Shown one piece after another: positions 60,562 to 64,000 of a stretch of 64,000 nucleotides of DNA. The stretch lies in NCBI GenBank assembly GCA_963836075.1, contig CAWIIB010000001.1:1632001-1696000 (forward strand), given 5' to 3'. A model generated the notes under the pieces. The model worked only from the letters and a program-made list of their open reading frames with translations. It did no database searches and had not been told where the DNA came from. Made by a program: the position numbers and the translations under genes. This stretch comes from an uncultured Acidobacteriota bacterium. GTDB taxonomy: Bacteria; Acidobacteriota; JAQAZP01. The first letter of the stretch is position 1. The number at the start of each line of letters is the position of its first letter.

Positions 60562-62100
60562 ATGAAATTGAAAACGTTCACGATGATAGCGCTCGCAGTC
60601 GTGCTGGTCGCTGGCCAGACACCGGTTGACGCACAGACGGGAGAGGACCGAAACCTCTTCAAGACAGCTGGCGAGAAACAGACCAACACGGACTTTAAAC
60701 CGGCACCGGATAAAATCGAGACCAACTTTGGCACCTTGAATTTCGAACTTGAGGCCTTTCCCGACCAAGCATCCGTGCAGAAAATCTATGATGAAATGGA
60801 TTTACAGCGGGCCACGCAGGCCTATATGGATTTCATGCCGGCTCTCTCGGTATACGGCATTGTGAAGTCGCACATCCGCGACTTCGGCTTCAAGACCTCG
60901 TCCGACATCGTGGTGGCGGCCGGTCCCGGTTGGAGACCCAGCGAGCTCTACCTGACCGGCAACAACGCCACCGTATATGCCTGTGCGTCCCTCGATCTCA
61001 AGGTGGACGGTCCGACGGTGGTGGAGATTCCACCCGGCATGTACGGCACTGCCGACGACGCGCTTTTCAAGTACCTCGTGGATTTCGGCTTTGTCGGCCC
61101 CGACAAGGGCAAAGGCGGCAAGTACCTCTTCCTGCCTCCCGGATACGACCACAATCCACCCGCGGGTTTCTTTGCAATCCACTCGCCGAGCTATCGCATC
61201 TGGGTGATGATGCGCGGCTTCGGTGAGGTCGGGACCGGTGAGCAAGCCGTTGCCTGGTTCAGGGAGAATCTCAGAGTCTACCCACTGGCAACCGGTCCCC
61301 GTGAAGGCAATTTCACGAACGGAACCGGCGTCGGCACCAACTCGCTGGTTCCGGAGGACGGTTCTGCATTCGAGATGCTCAACGAAATCGTGCAGTACGA
61401 ACCCGGGGAGCTGTTCGGCGCCGAGCAGCTGGGCCGCCTGGCCACCCTCGGTATCCGCAAGGGCGAGCTCTTCAACCCCGATCAACGGATGCGCCGGATT
61501 CTTGACCACGCCGCTCAGCAGGGTGTCGCGATGTCGCGTGCCATCGTCTACGCCTCTCGCGAGCCCGATATCCGATACTGGCCAGAGCGCCACTGGGAGA
61601 AGATGTTCCTCCACAACACCACCTTCGAGCGGGACGGCGCCAACGACATCGATGCCCGCACACTCTGGCACTATCAGGCGATCGTGGTTTCACCAAACCT
61701 GGTTTCTACGACTCCGGGCCAGGGCACGGCCTACCTGACCACATTCCGGGATAACAAAGGCGAGTATCTGGATGGCGGTAAGCGTTACAAATTGCGCGTG
61801 CCGGCAAATCCGCCCGTCAAACGCTTCTGGGCGATCTCGGCCTACGATCCGACCACCCGAAGCCTACTCGATATCGGAGGCAACAAAAACAAGTCAGTCG
61901 GTAGCCTGGATAACCCCGAAGTCAATGCTGATGGCTCTGTTGATGTCTTCTTCAGCGCAAAAGCCCCGCAGGGAAAAGAAAGGAACTGGGTCCCAACAAA
62001 CCCCGATAAGGGCTTCTTCCTGGTGTTCCGTTTCTATGGACCCACGGAAGGATACATCGAGAAGACCTGGGTGCTCAATGACCTTGAGTTAGTAAATTAA
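60562..62100 (+). CDS. DUF1254/DUF1214 domain exported protein
   Basis: Signal peptide. LTGNNATVY, PDKGKGGKYL, FWAISAYD and RFYGP. Confidence 0.9.
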   Translation: MKLKTFTMIALAVVLVAGQTPVDAQTGEDRNLFKTAGEKQTNTDFKPAPDKIETNFGTLNFELEAFPDQASVQKIYDEMDLQRATQAYMDFMPALSVYGIVKSHIRDFGFKTSSDIVVAAGPGWRPSELYLTGNNATVYACASLDLKVDGPTVVEIPPGMYGTADDALFKYLVDFGFVGPDKGKGGKYLFLPPGYDHNPPAGFFAIHSPSYRIWVMMRGFGEVGTGEQAVAWFRENLRVYPLATGPREGNFTNGTGVGTNSLVPEDGSAFEMLNEIVQYEPGELFGAEQLGRLATLGIRKGELFNPDQRMRRILDHAAQQGVAMSRAIVYASREPDIRYWPERHWEKMFLHNTTFERDGANDIDARTLWHYQAIVVSPNLVSTTPGQGTAYLTTFRDNKGEYLDGGKRYKLRVPANPPVKRFWAISAYDPTTRSLLDIGGNKNKSVGSLDNPEVNADGSVDVFFSAKAPQGKERNWVPTNPDKGFFLVFRFYGPTEGYIEKTWVLNDLELVN

Positions 62101-62127
62101 AGGATCGTAAATTAAAGGAGAAACAAA

Positions 62128-63648
62128 TTGAAAACAAAACAATTATTCACATTCGCTTTAACCTTGGTGTTGGCGATCAGCTTAACTGCAACATCCTGGG
62201 CACAATCACCCAGGATGAAAATGACCACCGACATCCCGGCTTCGATAACGGCTCCGGACAAGGTGCAAACCTCCCTCGGCACCCTCGAATACTTCGACGG
62301 CGTGCCCGAAGAGGCCACGGTGGCGAAGGTCTACGACTACCTCGACCGCTCCAGGGCCGTGGAAGCGTTCCTCAACTGCATCCCGGCGATGTCGATGTAC
62401 GGGATCCGGGAGGGACAGCGGGAATTCGGGATCGATGCCAGCAACAAGATCGTTATTTACGACAACCTGTTGGACTCCAAGGCGCTCTGGCTGACCGCGA
62501 ATACCTCCACCATGTATGCCATGGGCTGGCTCGATCTCAAGAAAGACGGCCCCACGGTGGTCGACCTGCCGCCGCGAATGCTGGGCATCCTCGACGACAT
62601 GGCCTTCCTCTACATGACTGATCTGGGTATGGCCGGCCCCGACAAGGGCCAGGGCGGCAAGTTCCTGGTCCTGCCTCCGGGCTATGAGGGCGATGTGCCG
62701 GACGGATACTACGTGGTGAAATCAAACACCTACGGGGCCTGGCTCTTCATGCGCGGCTATCTCGACAAGGGTATCAAGGCCGCCTCGGAGAACATCCGCA
62801 ACAACCTCAAGGTCTACCCGCTGGCAAAAAAAGACAACCAGCCGACCATGCAGTTCATCAACGGAACCGGTGTGGAGATTCAGACCGTCCTGCCGAACGA
62901 CTTCTCCTTCTTCAGGAATGTTCACGCCATCCTCCAGGAAGAACCGGCCGGTTTCCTCGGTGCCGAGATCAGCGGCCAGTTGGCGGCCATCGGCCTTGAA
63001 AAGGGGAAACCGTTCCCGACGGACAAACGCATGACCGACATCCTGGTGGACGCCGCAGCCATCGGCAACGCCGCGGCCCGCGCCATCAGCTTCGCTCCGC
63101 GGCATCCGGGGCTCTACACCTACGGCAAGGACAGCGGCTGGTACCAGCCCATTATCGGCGGGAGCACCACCTACATGGACAATGGCTCCCGCGTTCTGGA
63201 CGGGCGCGTGTTCTACCACTTCGGCTACATCTGTGTCTCGCCGGCCATGTCGAGCAAATCTGCGGGCAAGGGCTCGGACTACTCCATGGGCATGGTGGAC
63301 TCCAAGGGCCAGCCGCTGGACGGTTCCAAGACCTACAAGCTGCACCTGCCGCCCGATATCCCGGTCAAGGACTTCTGGGCGCTGACCATGTATGACACGC
63401 AAACCCGCTGCCAGCTGCAGACCGACCAGCAGTTCCCCACTTTGGACAGCTACGCCAAAGGCATGAAAACCAACCCCGACGGTTCCATAGACGTCTATTT
63501 CGCTCCCCAAGCGCCCGCCGGCCAGGAGAGCAACTGGCTGCAGACCATCCCGGGCAAGAGCTGGTTCGTGGCCCTGCGAATGTACGGCCCGCTGGAGTCC
63601 TGGCTCGATCAGACCTGGCGGCCGGGTGAGATCGAACTGGTGGAGTAG
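62128..63648 (+). CDS. DUF1254/DUF1214 domain exported protein
   Basis: TTG start with AGGAG RBS. LTANTSTMY, PDKGQGGKFL, FWALTMYD and RMYGP. Confidence 0.9.
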   Translation: MKTKQLFTFALTLVLAISLTATSWAQSPRMKMTTDIPASITAPDKVQTSLGTLEYFDGVPEEATVAKVYDYLDRSRAVEAFLNCIPAMSMYGIREGQREFGIDASNKIVIYDNLLDSKALWLTANTSTMYAMGWLDLKKDGPTVVDLPPRMLGILDDMAFLYMTDLGMAGPDKGQGGKFLVLPPGYEGDVPDGYYVVKSNTYGAWLFMRGYLDKGIKAASENIRNNLKVYPLAKKDNQPTMQFINGTGVEIQTVLPNDFSFFRNVHAILQEEPAGFLGAEISGQLAAIGLEKGKPFPTDKRMTDILVDAAAIGNAAARAISFAPRHPGLYTYGKDSGWYQPIIGGSTTYMDNGSRVLDGRVFYHFGYICVSPAMSSKSAGKGSDYSMGMVDSKGQPLDGSKTYKLHLPPDIPVKDFWALTMYDTQTRCQLQTDQQFPTLDSYAKGMKTNPDGSIDVYFAPQAPAGQESNWLQTIPGKSWFVALRMYGPLESWLDQTWRPGEIELVE

Positions 63649-63719
63649 GAGGCCGGAGGATGCAGGATCCAGCATCTTGCATCCAAGAGTTCAACGACTG
63701 AAGAAAAGGAGAACGAATC

Positions 63720-64000
63720 ATGAAAACGAAATCGCTCACATTCATCCTGGTTGCACTGGTGGCCATCTGCCTGATGGCGCCGGCCTCCGCGCAAACTCCG
63801 ACCTACAAAATGACCACACAGATCCCTGCGAACGTGCTGATACCGGATGAGGTGGAAACCCGCCTGGGAACCCTGAAGTTCTTTGATGGCGTGCCCACGG
63901 CTGAAACCGCCCAACTCATCTGGGATAATCAGGACTTTTCTCGTGCGGTAGAGTCCATGATCATGTGTACGCCGGCCGCTTCACTTGTTGGTTTCAGAAG
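63720..64000 (+). CDS. DUF1254-family exported protein, 3'-truncated by the window end
   Basis: AGGAG RBS. MKTKSLTFILVALVAICLMAPASAQ...KMTTQIP...ETRLGTLKFFDGVP...DFSRAVE matches the paralogs. Confidence 0.85.
   Translation, partial: MKTKSLTFILVALVAICLMAPASAQTPTYKMTTQIPANVLIPDEVETRLGTLKFFDGVPTAETAQLIWDNQDFSRAVESMIMCTPAASLVGFR

Noticed and set aside
1-64000. CRISPR array, tRNA or rRNA genes
   Set aside because: No regularly spaced repeats, cas genes or recognisable structural RNA signatures were seen by eye.

Overview
GC-rich window from a diderm bacterium (lineage not determinable from sequence alone). No rRNA, tRNA, CRISPR array, integrase or transposase was seen. It has three blocks. (1) 1-20 kb: five genes for exported proteins (a gingipain/C25 peptidase, two beta-helix proteins and two paralogous alpha/beta-hydrolases) all end in the same ~120-aa C-terminal domain (LPF...RRxAxRI...WRAG[WY]TN...DVTPAPYNQPP[FY]xxSGDT...VTxx[AS]P-stop). 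It matches no sorting signal I recognise and is the best candidate for an undescribed secretion/surface-anchoring tag. A ~515-bp direct repeat appears to record a new passenger gene acquiring this tag. A TlpA-like redoxin, a RelA/SpoT-domain small alarmone synthetase and convergent trkH/trkA are interspersed. (2) 20-33 kb: a PAS histidine kinase, two REC-MalT-like STAND-LuxR hybrids and a third MalT-like regulator. (3) 28-64 kb: the likely regulon, with a conserved 33-bp TACCAC-repeat motif fused to -35/-10 boxes upstream of five units. It encodes HdeD, a beta-barrel, MscS, amidohydrolases, CobW, ThrE, a DcaP-like porin, four Cys-type sulfatases, five DUF1254/DUF1214 proteins and two small ACT-like proteins. 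An AbiE type IV TA pair plus an AAA ATPase interrupts it, flanked by a duplicated abiEii 3' segment. Several +1 frameshifts are probably long-read consensus errors.
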